Origin: Candidatus Micrarchaeia archaeon
Lineage (GTDB): Archaea; Micrarchaeota; Micrarchaeia; Norongarragalinales; UBA8480
Direction of reading: 5' to 3'
Length of the DNA stretch: 11,493 nucleotides
NCBI GenBank assembly: GCA_039794045.1
Contig: JBAMLY010000002.1
Coordinates: forward strand, 36,031 to 47,523
The notes beneath the pieces are model-generated. The model was not told the DNA's origin and did no database searches. It worked only from the letters and a program-made list of their open reading frames with translations. Made by a program: the position numbers and the translations under genes. Of this stretch, positions 1 through 7,475 are shown piece after piece; the first letter of the stretch is position 1, and every line of letters begins with the position of its first letter.

Positions 1-177
1 GGCGGAGCCGGCGCGGACTACGGGCGTTCCATCATTCAGACTTCGGATGGCGGCTTACTAGTTGCAGGTTACACCAATTCTTCAGGGGCTGGCGTGCCTG
101 ACTGGCAGCGACTAACGCACGTTTTCGTATTCTTCGCTTGCCTTGCCAGACAAAGCAAAACGCAGAGAATTACTTAA
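1..177 (+). CDS. Partial (5'-truncated by window) beta-propeller-type repeat protein fragment, possibly a remnant
   Basis: Frame 1 reads GGAGADYGRSIIQTSDGGLLVAGYTNSSGAGVPDW..., matching the common GGxxxDYGxSIxQTSDGGxxVAGYTxSxGAG repeat of secreted propeller proteins. Stop TAA at 175-177. Not in the ORF track. Confidence 0.65.
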   Translation, partial: GGAGADYGRSIIQTSDGGLLVAGYTNSSGAGVPDWQRLTHVFVFFACLARQSKTQRIT

Positions 178-837
178 ATGAAACCACAAGTATTTCGCGA
201 CTCCCCACTTGCGCACCCGCCTGTCTGAAACGTAGAGGAAGGCGTCGTCCGCGAAAACTGCTTTGCCGTGCTTCAACAGTTTCTTGGCGAGCGCCAAATC
301 CTCTCCAGTAACCGCGTCTTCTGGAAACCCGCCGACTTTATTGAACGCGCTTTTCCTGACGCAGTAGTTCGACCCAGGCCCTGAAGGCATGCCAAACGCA
401 ATCATTAACTTGAAGTAAGCATCCAAGAACAAGCGCATCCACGCAGAGCAAGGCCTTCCATTGCTGGCGGGCTGAACTGGTCCTTGCACGAGCACGACGC
501 GCTCGTTTCGAAAGGCTCTCGCGACAGCGCGAAGCCACTGCGGCGGCACTACCGCGTCGGCGTCAACGAAAGCAATTATTTCCGCTTGCTTGCTGGAAGC
601 CCGCGCGCCATTGTTGCGGTTAGCGCCTATCCTGTGCTTTCCGCAGAAAACAACTTTCGCGCCGTACTTGCGCGCCACTTCTGCCGTCTTGTCAGTGCTC
701 TTGTCGTCTGAAACAATTAACTCGAACTTTTCTTTCGGGTATTCCTGCCGGCGCAACGAATCAAGAGTTAAACCAATATATTTTTCTTCGTTGAACGCGG
801 GAACGACGACTGAAATAAAGGGAAGGCGAGTCTTCAA
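112..837 (-). CDS. Glycosyltransferase family 2 (GT-A fold)
   Basis: ISVVVPAFNEE, SDDKSTDKT, NRNNGA, FVDAD (DxD), VGGF, GEDLAL motifs. TTG start preceded by SD-like GTGGTG. Confidence 0.93.
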   Translation of the reverse strand: MKTRLPFISVVVPAFNEEKYIGLTLDSLRRQEYPKEKFELIVSDDKSTDKTAEVARKYGAKVVFCGKHRIGANRNNGARASSKQAEIIAFVDADAVVPPQWLRAVARAFRNERVVLVQGPVQPASNGRPCSAWMRLFLDAYFKLMIAFGMPSGPGSNYCVRKSAFNKVGGFPEDAVTGEDLALAKKLLKHGKAVFADDAFLYVSDRRVRKWGVAKYLWFHLSNSLRFALSGKASEEYENVR

Positions 838-867
838 TTGCCGACACCACTAAAAAACGAAAGCAAG

Positions 868-903
868 AGAAAAAAAAGGGGGAAAACCTCCCTTGACGGG
901 AGG
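868..903 (-). terminator. Hairpin plus U-tracts downstream of the 121-aa membrane protein gene
   Basis: Minus strand CCTCCC-GTCAA-GGGAGG (887-903) followed by TTTT CCCCC TTTTTTTT, just after the stop at 912. Confidence 0.6.
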
Positions 904-911
904 CAAGTTTT

Positions 912-1277
912 TCAGGCAGAATGCGATACTTCGTAGATGGCCTTCAAGCCAACAATGGCAGCCCCCGGTGCCACCATTATCACGATGTAGTTAAGAATGG
1001 ACGCAATCGCGGCGCCAATTCCTGCCGCCGGAATCAAGCTCATTACGACGCCTTCAAGGCTTGACGCGGCAACAACGAACGTAATGCTTGCGATCAGGAA
1101 AAGCATTACTTCCTTATCAGTAATGTTGAGCAGCCCAACTATTATGCCTATGACGCCAAGCACGAGGCCCACAGCAGCATTGCTTGGAGCAAACGCTCCC
1201 GCGAGTATCGCTATAACCAGACCAATTATGTACGCCCACGCGCCAACCATCGGCCAAACGTTTTCGTTCTTTGCCAT
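912..1277 (-). CDS. Small ~4-TM membrane protein of unknown function
   Basis: Four hydrophobic, Gly/Ala-rich segments (GAWAYIIGLVIAILAG; GLVLGVIGIIVGLLNITDKE; ...VAPGAAIVGLKAIY). ATG start with SD GAGGGTGG. Confidence 0.85.
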   Translation of the reverse strand: MAKNENVWPMVGAWAYIIGLVIAILAGAFAPSNAAVGLVLGVIGIIVGLLNITDKEVMLFLIASITFVVAASSLEGVVMSLIPAAGIGAAIASILNYIVIMVAPGAAIVGLKAIYEVSHSA

Positions 1278-1344
1278 ACTGTTACCACCCTCTCAGAAGA
1301 ATTTGCATTCTCCTGTTTAGACTTTAAAACATCAATTTCAAGGG

Positions 1345-1366
1345 ATATAAAATCCTTTCGCGAAAG
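1345..1366 (-). promoter_or_regulatory. Archaeal BRE-TATA promoter for the 121-aa membrane protein gene
   Basis: Minus strand CGAAAGGA-TTTTATAT (TATA at 1345-1352). It overlaps the perfect palindrome CTTTCGCGAAAG (1355-1366). Confidence 0.6.
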
Positions 1367-1398
1367 CTGCTTTGTTGCGTGAAACGAAAACTTTTTTT

Positions 1399-1414
1399 CA
1401 AAGCAGTTTAAAAA
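1399..1414 (+). promoter_or_regulatory. Candidate BRE-TATA promoter for tRNA-Gln (and rps17e)
   Basis: CAAAGCAG-TTTAAAAA about 40 nt upstream of the tRNA 5' end. Confidence 0.45.
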
Positions 1415-1455
1415 TAATGACTGCATAAAACAAGGTAGTACAAACCGCGTTAGGC

Positions 1456-1586
1456 AGCCCCGTCGTCTAGCGGCCAAGGATAGCGGGCTTTGGACCCGTT
1501 GACAGCGGTTCGAATACAACCTCTTTTTCCTTTTTTCCTAGAATAGGAAAAAAAGGGGAAGGTTGCCGGAATTCCGCTCGGGGCTA
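1456..1586 (+). tRNA. tRNA-Gln(TTG), intron-containing (exons 1456-1514 and 1573-1586); CCA not encoded
   Basis: Acceptor AGCCCCG/CGGGGCT plus A73, with the A1-U72 pair typical of archaeal tRNA-Gln. Anticodon arm GCGGG-CTTTGGA-CCCGT (TTG at 1490-1492), variable loop TGAC. T arm AGCGG-TTCGAA|T-CCGCT is restored after intron removal (73 nt). Confidence 0.95.
1515..1572 (+). other. 58-nt tRNA intron at non-canonical position 59/60 with bulge-helix-bulge motif
   Basis: h AGCGG/CCGCT; central helix TTCG/CGGA; bulges AA|T and AT|T; intron helix CAACC/GGTTG after one A-C mismatch; long pyrimidine/purine hairpin closed by CCTA-GAA-TAGG. Confidence 0.92.
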
Positions 1587-1626
1587 TAACGTTCTTGAAA
1601 ACAAGGTTTGACTGGAAGTGGTTGTT

Positions 1627-1845
1627 TTGGGTAGGACGAAGGGAACGCACATAAGACGCATTGCCAAAGAACTCGTTAAAAAATATCCTTTGGCTTTTAC
1701 TGCGAGTTTTTACGAGAACAAGGCGAAACTCGTTAAGACTGGGTTGATGAAGGAAAGCAAGCGCGAGTTAAACAAGCTTGCTGGAGAGGTCGCGGTTGAA
1801 GTGAAGAAAGCAACTGCAGCCAACGCCCAGGAAGGCAGCGCCTAG
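1627..1845 (+). CDS. rps17e: 30S ribosomal protein S17e (divergent)
   Basis: (M)GRTKGTHIRRIAKELVKKYPLAFTASFYENK...ESKRELNKLAG aligns with the S17e pattern MGR...IKR.A.EL...YP..FT.DF..NK...SK..RN.IAG. The likely start is TTG at 1627 (SD-like GGAAGTGG) rather than GTG at 1618. Confidence 0.88.
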   Translation: MGRTKGTHIRRIAKELVKKYPLAFTASFYENKAKLVKTGLMKESKRELNKLAGEVAVEVKKATAANAQEGSA

Positions 1846-1872
1846 TTTTTTGCTTTAATTTTTTCTCTTTTT
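1846..1872 (+). terminator. U-rich terminator after rps17e
   Basis: TTTTTT directly after the TAG, followed by more T-tracts overlapping the convergent gene's end. Confidence 0.5.
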
Positions 1873-4800
1873 GTTTTCGTGGTTTCTTGCTAACAGCAAT
1901 GCCGCGGCGAGCGCTGCGAGCACTACGGCGAGCGGCGAAGAATCAGGCAAGCTCAAGCTTACGCTCGTGCTTTGCACGAACAACAAGATGCTTTTAGCGT
2001 TGTTAGATGTCTGGATTTCTTCTGGCACTACTGGCAGGCTGGCGGTAACGTTTACGGTTGAGCCGTTCATCGTGGAATAACCGCATTTTATCGTCTTGCT
2101 CGTCAACGGCAGCAGGACGCCGGTGCTGCAGTGGAATTCCGCTCCCGAATTGTTTGCGGTGACAGTGAGCGTCGTTGAAAGCGGGTCTCTGCATCCGTTG
2201 AATACCGTGACGTCAAAAGATACGTTTTCTCCTGACAGGAAGACGCGCTTGTTTGGGTTTGGCGTAATCGCAGTAACCGCCAAGTCTGGAGTGCTTGAAA
2301 GTAATAGGATTTGGTAGGTGTGCGAAAAACTTACTTCGTGTACTGAGTGGTTGTAACTGTAAGTGGTTCCCGTGGGCGGCGCGGCAGTAAAGTTGAACGG
2401 CGAGTACATGGTGGCGTTTACTCCGTAAACTTGCGAGCCGTTTTGCTCGTATTCTGTTACGGCGCGGTAACCTATTCTTCCTTGCGCGTTCGTGAGCTCC
2501 TGGTTTGCGATGACGTTGTGGAACGCGTCTTCTATGGTGACGTTCGCGTTTTCAATTGGTGCCAGCGAGTAGTTGAGCACTTGAACGTCTAAAAACCATT
2601 TAACTGTCAAATTGTTCCACGCGTCGCTGAAGTTGGCGCTCGTCTTGTTGAAAGTCGTGTTCAAGAAAGTGTTGTTCGTGGAATTTATTTGCAATGCTAC
2701 GTCGGTTTGCATGGCGTAGTTCGGCTGGCTTAACGAGTTGTTGGCGAGCAAGTTGTTTGAAGAGTTTTTGAAGGCAATGTTTGTCGGAGAACAATTTGTG
2801 ACGTTGTTTGCTTCAATCAAGGCGCCGCTTGAGTCAATCAAGGTTATTCCGGCGCTTGGTTGAACGCGCAGGAAGGGGGGCGACGTAAAGCCTGGCACGA
2901 CTGGGTGGCTCGACGTTATGGTGGAATTCCACGCGTAGTCATTGCCGTAGCCTTGTTCTATGAATGCCACCGCGTGGAATTCCTTGCAGTAGCAAGCGCC
3001 GTTACATAACGCGTTTACGTCCGCGCAATTGTTTATTGTTTGAGAGTATTCAAAATACATGGTTAAGTTTGTGCCGTCACTGATGTTGACGAAGGCGAGC
3101 GAAAAGTTTTGCGTGCCATTGACGTTCTGCGGGGGTAGAAGGAAATCATCTTCGGTTACTAGTGCATTCCTTCCTGTTGCCCAATCGTGAACGATGGGAT
3201 AGTAGGGCGCGCTCTCGTATTCGAGTGGCGACAACGAAATTCCGTAGGAAGGCGTTCCCAGGCAATTGGCTACCTTGTTTGCCGTGAAGTTTAATTCAGT
3301 CAAGTTTTTGAGGTAGACTCCGTTGCCGTTTGAGTCGAAGACGTTGCCGAGGAAGTCGTTCTTGTTTGTGGAAAGAACTTTTATTGCCCAGTCGCTTGAG
3401 CTCGTCACGTTGTTGTAAAGGAATTCATTGTTTTTGTAGTGTCCTTTGAGGAGTATGCCGGTAGTGCAGTTGTTAACGTTGTTTCCCACGAAGTAATTGT
3501 TTTGCGAGACGTCCACGCCGTCGCTTATTGCTATGCCGTAAAAAGAGTCGCTCAAGTTGTTGTAGTAGAAAGAGTTGTTTACCGAGTAAGATTCTGTGAA
3601 TACTCCCGCGTGCTCAAAGGAGATGGCTGCCGCGCTACAGTTTTTTATTACGTTGTAGTAAGCAGAGTTGTTGGTGGCGTTAGCGCGCAAGAAGCCTGCC
3701 GCGATTCTTATTCCGTTCCTGCAGTCTGCAATGGTGTTGTTGAATGCCTCGGCTCCGCTGGAGTGGTAGAAGAGCACGCCAGTGTCGCATGCTTGCACGG
3801 AATTGTTTTCCGCGCGAATTTCCAAGAGACTCAATCCAGTGTCTACTCCGTAAAGAGAATTGTTTTTTACGGTGTTGGTGTGGCCGCTTGCTATGATGCC
3901 TATGTTGGAGCATCCCAAGAACTGGTTTGATTCTATTTTGTTGCTTTCGCCGGTCAAGGAAACTCCGTTGTACAAGGAGTAAGTCATGTTGTTGTACTTT
4001 ATTGAATTGTTGTCTGATGATGCGCTGAGCGTGGCGCCCACTGTTATAGTGTTGTGGTCGTTTCCGTTAAAAAAGTTGTATTCTACGGAGTTGTTGCTTG
4101 AGCCGTCCCACACCGAGATTCCACCGTAAGGGTCTGTGGGGCATGAGTCGGGAAAGTTGGTGGAGTCTTCAGTGAAGCGCAGGCCGTTGTCTCTATGGTA
4201 GCACTGTTTGTTGCTTTCGGCGGCATAGGCTTTGGCGTTGTAGTAAGTGCAGGTGACGGAGGAAGAGTAGTTGGCGAGCATCCACGCTTGAAAGTCCGCG
4301 CAACTTGTTACCGCGCTGTTGTTGAAGTACGCGGTGTTGTTCGTGTTGTCGGAGTTGTTCGTGAAAGTGACTGCTGCGAGGTCTTGAGTGCCGTTATAGC
4401 CTAATTCGTTGATGAGGAAGCCGCCGTTTGGCCGGCTTGCTTGCCTGAGCAGGTTGGGCGGCGCTAAGTAATAGACTGAGTCGTTGTAGGCCGTGCCAGT
4501 GCTCTCGTTGAGGAGGGGATTCCACAATGCTTTGTAGTCTAATTCTCCAGTATTCAAAGCATTCGAGGAAACGTTGTTGAATGAAACGTTGTTAAAGGAA
4601 GCGTTTTCAAGCAAGATTCCAGTCCAGCTGGCGTTGTAAACCGTGTTGTTAGTTAAGTTGTTGTAGCTTGACTGATTGAGTAGAACGCCGTAGCGGGAGC
4701 AGTTGAAGAACGAGTTGTTCCAGAGAGTGGCATTTCCTGCGCCGCTGTTTGTTGCAAAGCAGTCAACGGCGTTTGAAGCCTTGTTGGAGGAAAAGTTTGC

Positions 4801-5820
4801 TTGGACGTTTGCCGCGTGCGAGAACGCGGCGCCACTCACGTCGTTTGCATCGTTTGAGTAAAATTCAGTGGAGGCGTTTGCTGAAGAAGCAAACCCAATG
4901 CATTGAATTGATGACGGGCAAGATATTTTTGAAGCGTTGTTGTGCCATGCTTTGTTGTTGTAGCCGATCGCTGAGGAATAAAAAATAATTCCACCGGCGC
5001 TGCCGCTTGAAGCGCTTTCGCCTATGCTGGTGTTGTAAATTTCGTTGTATTCTGCGGTGTTGTCGTTCAAGGCGAGGCCTGCATTGGACTGGAAAAAGAA
5101 TGCAAAGGCGTTGGCTTGCGTGCCGTTAGCGAACACGTTGCTTACTCTATTGTAGGAAACGTTGTTTTTTGATGCGTTGGCTTCACTGCCCATAACAGCT
5201 ATTCCGTTAGCGTTGCTTGAGGTTGGGTGCCAGCTTGAAATGTTGCTTACGTTGTTTCCGTAAACCGAGTTATTGAACGCATTTTGCACTACTATGCCGT
5301 AAGCGCCGTAACTAGTGTTGGTAGAGTAATTCCATACGTTGTTGTTTGCAATGGAAGAGTTTTCAATTAAAGCATAAATTCCGATTGCTCCACTTAAAAC
5401 TTCTCGGGTTACGTTAGCGTCTGAAACATTGTTGTCGTGGATGCTCACGTTTTTTACGTTTTGGTGGTTGGCAGGGTTTAACGCAGCAATTCCTACCCTG
5501 AAATTTCGGATGCTGCAATTAAATAATTGAGTGTCGTTCAAGACGAGAATGCCTATCGATGCGTTGTCTGCGTCTCCAACTATTTCCCTGCCGCCGCAGT
5601 CAAGCGAGACGCCGTTGTCCACCGACAATGCTATAGAGGGGTTGTTGGGGTCGCTGGGGCAAGGCGTTCCGTTCGTTATCGAGTCAGCTGCGGTTAACAC
5701 ATAGTTTGTTACGAGGGTGTCGCTGCAATTGCAGGTTCCCCACCCTGTTCCGCAGTTCGCGGCGTGCGCTGCCCCCCAAAAAACGACTGCAAAAAACAAT
5801 AAAGCAATGTTGTTGCGCAA
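1855..5820 (-). CDS. Large secreted, membrane-anchored surface glycoprotein with right-handed parallel beta-helix (NosD/pectin-lyase-like) repeats and a C-terminal CARDB/Ig-like domain
   Basis: Signal peptide (MRNNIALLFFAVVFWGAAHA); many GI.L....NN.I.NN repeats; dense N-x-S/T sequons; PDLAVT...V.N...E....NN CARDB-like pattern; LPD-TM-basic tail. TTG start, SD GAGGT. Confidence 0.88.
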   Translation of the reverse strand: MRNNIALLFFAVVFWGAAHAANCGTGWGTCNCSDTLVTNYVLTAADSITNGTPCPSDPNNPSIALSVDNGVSLDCGGREIVGDADNASIGILVLNDTQLFNCSIRNFRVGIAALNPANHQNVKNVSIHDNNVSDANVTREVLSGAIGIYALIENSSIANNNVWNYSTNTSYGAYGIVVQNAFNNSVYGNNVSNISSWHPTSSNANGIAVMGSEANASKNNVSYNRVSNVFANGTQANAFAFFFQSNAGLALNDNTAEYNEIYNTSIGESASSGSAGGIIFYSSAIGYNNKAWHNNASKISCPSSIQCIGFASSANASTEFYSNDANDVSGAAFSHAANVQANFSSNKASNAVDCFATNSGAGNATLWNNSFFNCSRYGVLLNQSSYNNLTNNTVYNASWTGILLENASFNNVSFNNVSSNALNTGELDYKALWNPLLNESTGTAYNDSVYYLAPPNLLRQASRPNGGFLINELGYNGTQDLAAVTFTNNSDNTNNTAYFNNSAVTSCADFQAWMLANYSSSVTCTYYNAKAYAAESNKQCYHRDNGLRFTEDSTNFPDSCPTDPYGGISVWDGSSNNSVEYNFFNGNDHNTITVGATLSASSDNNSIKYNNMTYSLYNGVSLTGESNKIESNQFLGCSNIGIIASGHTNTVKNNSLYGVDTGLSLLEIRAENNSVQACDTGVLFYHSSGAEAFNNTIADCRNGIRIAAGFLRANATNNSAYYNVIKNCSAAAISFEHAGVFTESYSVNNSFYYNNLSDSFYGIAISDGVDVSQNNYFVGNNVNNCTTGILLKGHYKNNEFLYNNVTSSSDWAIKVLSTNKNDFLGNVFDSNGNGVYLKNLTELNFTANKVANCLGTPSYGISLSPLEYESAPYYPIVHDWATGRNALVTEDDFLLPPQNVNGTQNFSLAFVNISDGTNLTMYFEYSQTINNCADVNALCNGACYCKEFHAVAFIEQGYGNDYAWNSTITSSHPVVPGFTSPPFLRVQPSAGITLIDSSGALIEANNVTNCSPTNIAFKNSSNNLLANNSLSQPNYAMQTDVALQINSTNNTFLNTTFNKTSANFSDAWNNLTVKWFLDVQVLNYSLAPIENANVTIEDAFHNVIANQELTNAQGRIGYRAVTEYEQNGSQVYGVNATMYSPFNFTAAPPTGTTYSYNHSVHEVSFSHTYQILLLSSTPDLAVTAITPNPNKRVFLSGENVSFDVTVFNGCRDPLSTTLTVTANNSGAEFHCSTGVLLPLTSKTIKCGYSTMNGSTVNVTASLPVVPEEIQTSNNAKSILLFVQSTSVSLSLPDSSPLAVVLAALAAALLLARNHENKKRKN

Positions 5821-5858
5821 GGCGTAACCTCACTTACCGCCAATAAAGCCAATAAGAG

Positions 5859-7073
5859 TTATTTGCTTAAAATCGTTTGCGCAGAACTTTTTTCCTGCAA
5901 GAGCTTTGCTGCAGCTTTTTCTGCATCGCCTTCCGAAAGCAATGCAAACAATTCTTCTACCCTGGAGGGTGGCAGGCGAGCCAGTTTTTTCCGTAGCGCT
6001 TCCAAGCCAAGCTCGCGCGCGCTCTGTTGTTCGTTTCTCGCCTTCCTTAAAACCTCTATTTTTTCTCTTAACTCGTCGCTCGCGAATTCTTTGTCGACAT
6101 ATAAAATTGCTTTTGCCGCGAATTCTTTTTCCAGCGCAGCTAAGTCGATGGAGGACGCCATCGTTCCCCTCGCCAGCGTTCCCTTGACTTTGAGTTTTAC
6201 TAAGGGAGTGGCTCCCTCGTGCTTTTCGATGGCTTTCGCTATTGCTTCGCGGCAAAGCTTTTCAACTTGCGTTGCCGTTGCTTCCGAGAAAGATACTTCA
6301 ACGAACTCGAAGGGCCTGGTTTTTACTGTCACGAATTCCGCGACTCGCTTGATGGTGTCGTACAAGTAATAGCCTTTTGGCTTGATTTCCGTTTGCTTCA
6401 TTTGCGTTACGACCGTGCTTCCAGGCAAGAGAATCGTCTTGTTTGCCTCGCGTAGTTCTTGCGCCCAGTGAATGTGGCCGTCCACGTATACGTCGAAGCC
6501 GTTGGGAAGGTCCGCCGCAGAAATTCCTTCTGCTACTGGAACGAGCTCGCGCAGCGTCTGGTGAAATACGAAGATGTTGAAGGCACCGCTTACTGGCTGG
6601 AACGATAGTGCTTCCAACGCTTTTGCCGCGTATTCTTCTGGAATGCCGCCCATTCCTTGAACTGCGACTTTTTCTCCTTCTCCTTCGACGACTGCTTTTG
6701 CTGCGTGCACGTTCACCATGACGCCTGCCGAGTCAAGCACTTGAATGATGTTCGCCAAGCCCTTGGTACGGCGCTCATGCGTCCCGTAAATGCCGAGCAG
6801 TGGCACGCCATTTATTTCTTTTTTGTTCTCGCTTTTTTCCACCACTGTTTTAAACTTGTTTGAAGTCTTTGAAAGCATTTTTTCCTTGCATTGAGTTAAG
6901 AGCTTGACTGCCTCGTACACGACTTCTTGTTTTGGCACGCGAGAGTCAAACAAGTCTCCCCCCAGAATTATGGCGTCTGCTTTCTCGCTCGCGCTTTTCA
7001 GGGCTTCTCCTGCTTGCCTTGTAGCGTCTTCGTTGAAGCCGAAGTGAAAGTCGGACAGGAAAGCGATTTTCAA
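5859..7073 (-). CDS. mre11: Mre11/SbcD-family DNA repair nuclease (metallophosphoesterase)
   Basis: Motifs SDFHFG, GGDLFD, YGTHE (variant of GNHD), FHQT, GHIH, PGS, KGYY, plus a capping domain and helical C-terminus. TTG start, SD GAGGTG. Confidence 0.88.
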   Translation of the reverse strand: MKIAFLSDFHFGFNEDATRQAGEALKSASEKADAIILGGDLFDSRVPKQEVVYEAVKLLTQCKEKMLSKTSNKFKTVVEKSENKKEINGVPLLGIYGTHERRTKGLANIIQVLDSAGVMVNVHAAKAVVEGEGEKVAVQGMGGIPEEYAAKALEALSFQPVSGAFNIFVFHQTLRELVPVAEGISAADLPNGFDVYVDGHIHWAQELREANKTILLPGSTVVTQMKQTEIKPKGYYLYDTIKRVAEFVTVKTRPFEFVEVSFSEATATQVEKLCREAIAKAIEKHEGATPLVKLKVKGTLARGTMASSIDLAALEKEFAAKAILYVDKEFASDELREKIEVLRKARNEQQSARELGLEALRKKLARLPPSRVEELFALLSEGDAEKAAAKLLQEKSSAQTILSK

Positions 7074-7098
7074 TGCAGCACCTCTTTTTCTGCGTGTT

Positions 7099-7126
7099 TT
7101 TATTAAGGCGCAATTCTTAATATTTG
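7099..7126. promoter_or_regulatory. Compact divergent promoter region between mre11 and the EamA-like gene
   Basis: TTTATTAA at 7099-7106 lies about 21 nt before ATG 7128 (leaderless spacing). A second AT-rich box is at 7118-7125. The intergenic gap is only 54 bp. Confidence 0.4.
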
Positions 7127-7127
7127 C

Positions 7128-7475
7128 ATGAGGTGGCGTGGCTTGGACTGGATTTTTTTTGCTTTGGCTTCAATGCTGTTTGTTGCGGTGGCAAACGTTT
7201 TCTTAAAACAAATAATGGTTTCGCCTAACCCATTGGATGCCGCAAACATTCCGCTGCTCGTTCCCTTCGTGGTTGCCGGCGCGCTTGCATTCGCTTTCTT
7301 CTTGCTGGCTTTGCGTTCGCCTCAAAGCTCGGTTTCAGTGGTCAGCGCTATAGTCTCGCTTTCCTTCGTGTTAGTAGCAATAATCGCGGCAGTTTTCCTT
7401 GGAGAAAAATTGGGGGCAAAGGAAGTGAGCGCGCTTTTCCTTGCTGCTGTCGCGGTACTGGTTTTGCTTGCTTGA
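7128..7475 (+). CDS. Small EamA/DMT-superfamily membrane transporter (single repeat, ~4 TM)
   Basis: WIFFALASMLFVAVANVFLK; FFLLAL; VSVVSAIVSLSFVLVAIIAAVFLGEKL; typical DMT C-terminal LGE motif. Confidence 0.8.
   Translation: MRWRGLDWIFFALASMLFVAVANVFLKQIMVSPNPLDAANIPLLVPFVVAGALAFAFFLLALRSPQSSVSVVSAIVSLSFVLVAIIAAVFLGEKLGAKEVSALFLAAVAVLVLLA

Noticed and set aside
1515..1572. Intron as a homing-endonuclease carrier, C/D guide RNA or MITE
   Set aside because: It is too short for an ORF, has no C/D boxes, and has no target-site duplication. Its ends are fully explained by the BHB.
1226..1650. Minus-strand ORFs 1226-1519 and 1450-1650
   Set aside because: They lie over promoter DNA and antisense to tRNA-Gln, with no protein features.
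1855..5820. AAC-rich stretches suggestive of a diversity-generating retroelement template
   Set aside because: They are explained by Asn ladders of the beta-helix. I saw no near-identical repeat pair differing only at adenines and no reverse transcriptase in the window.
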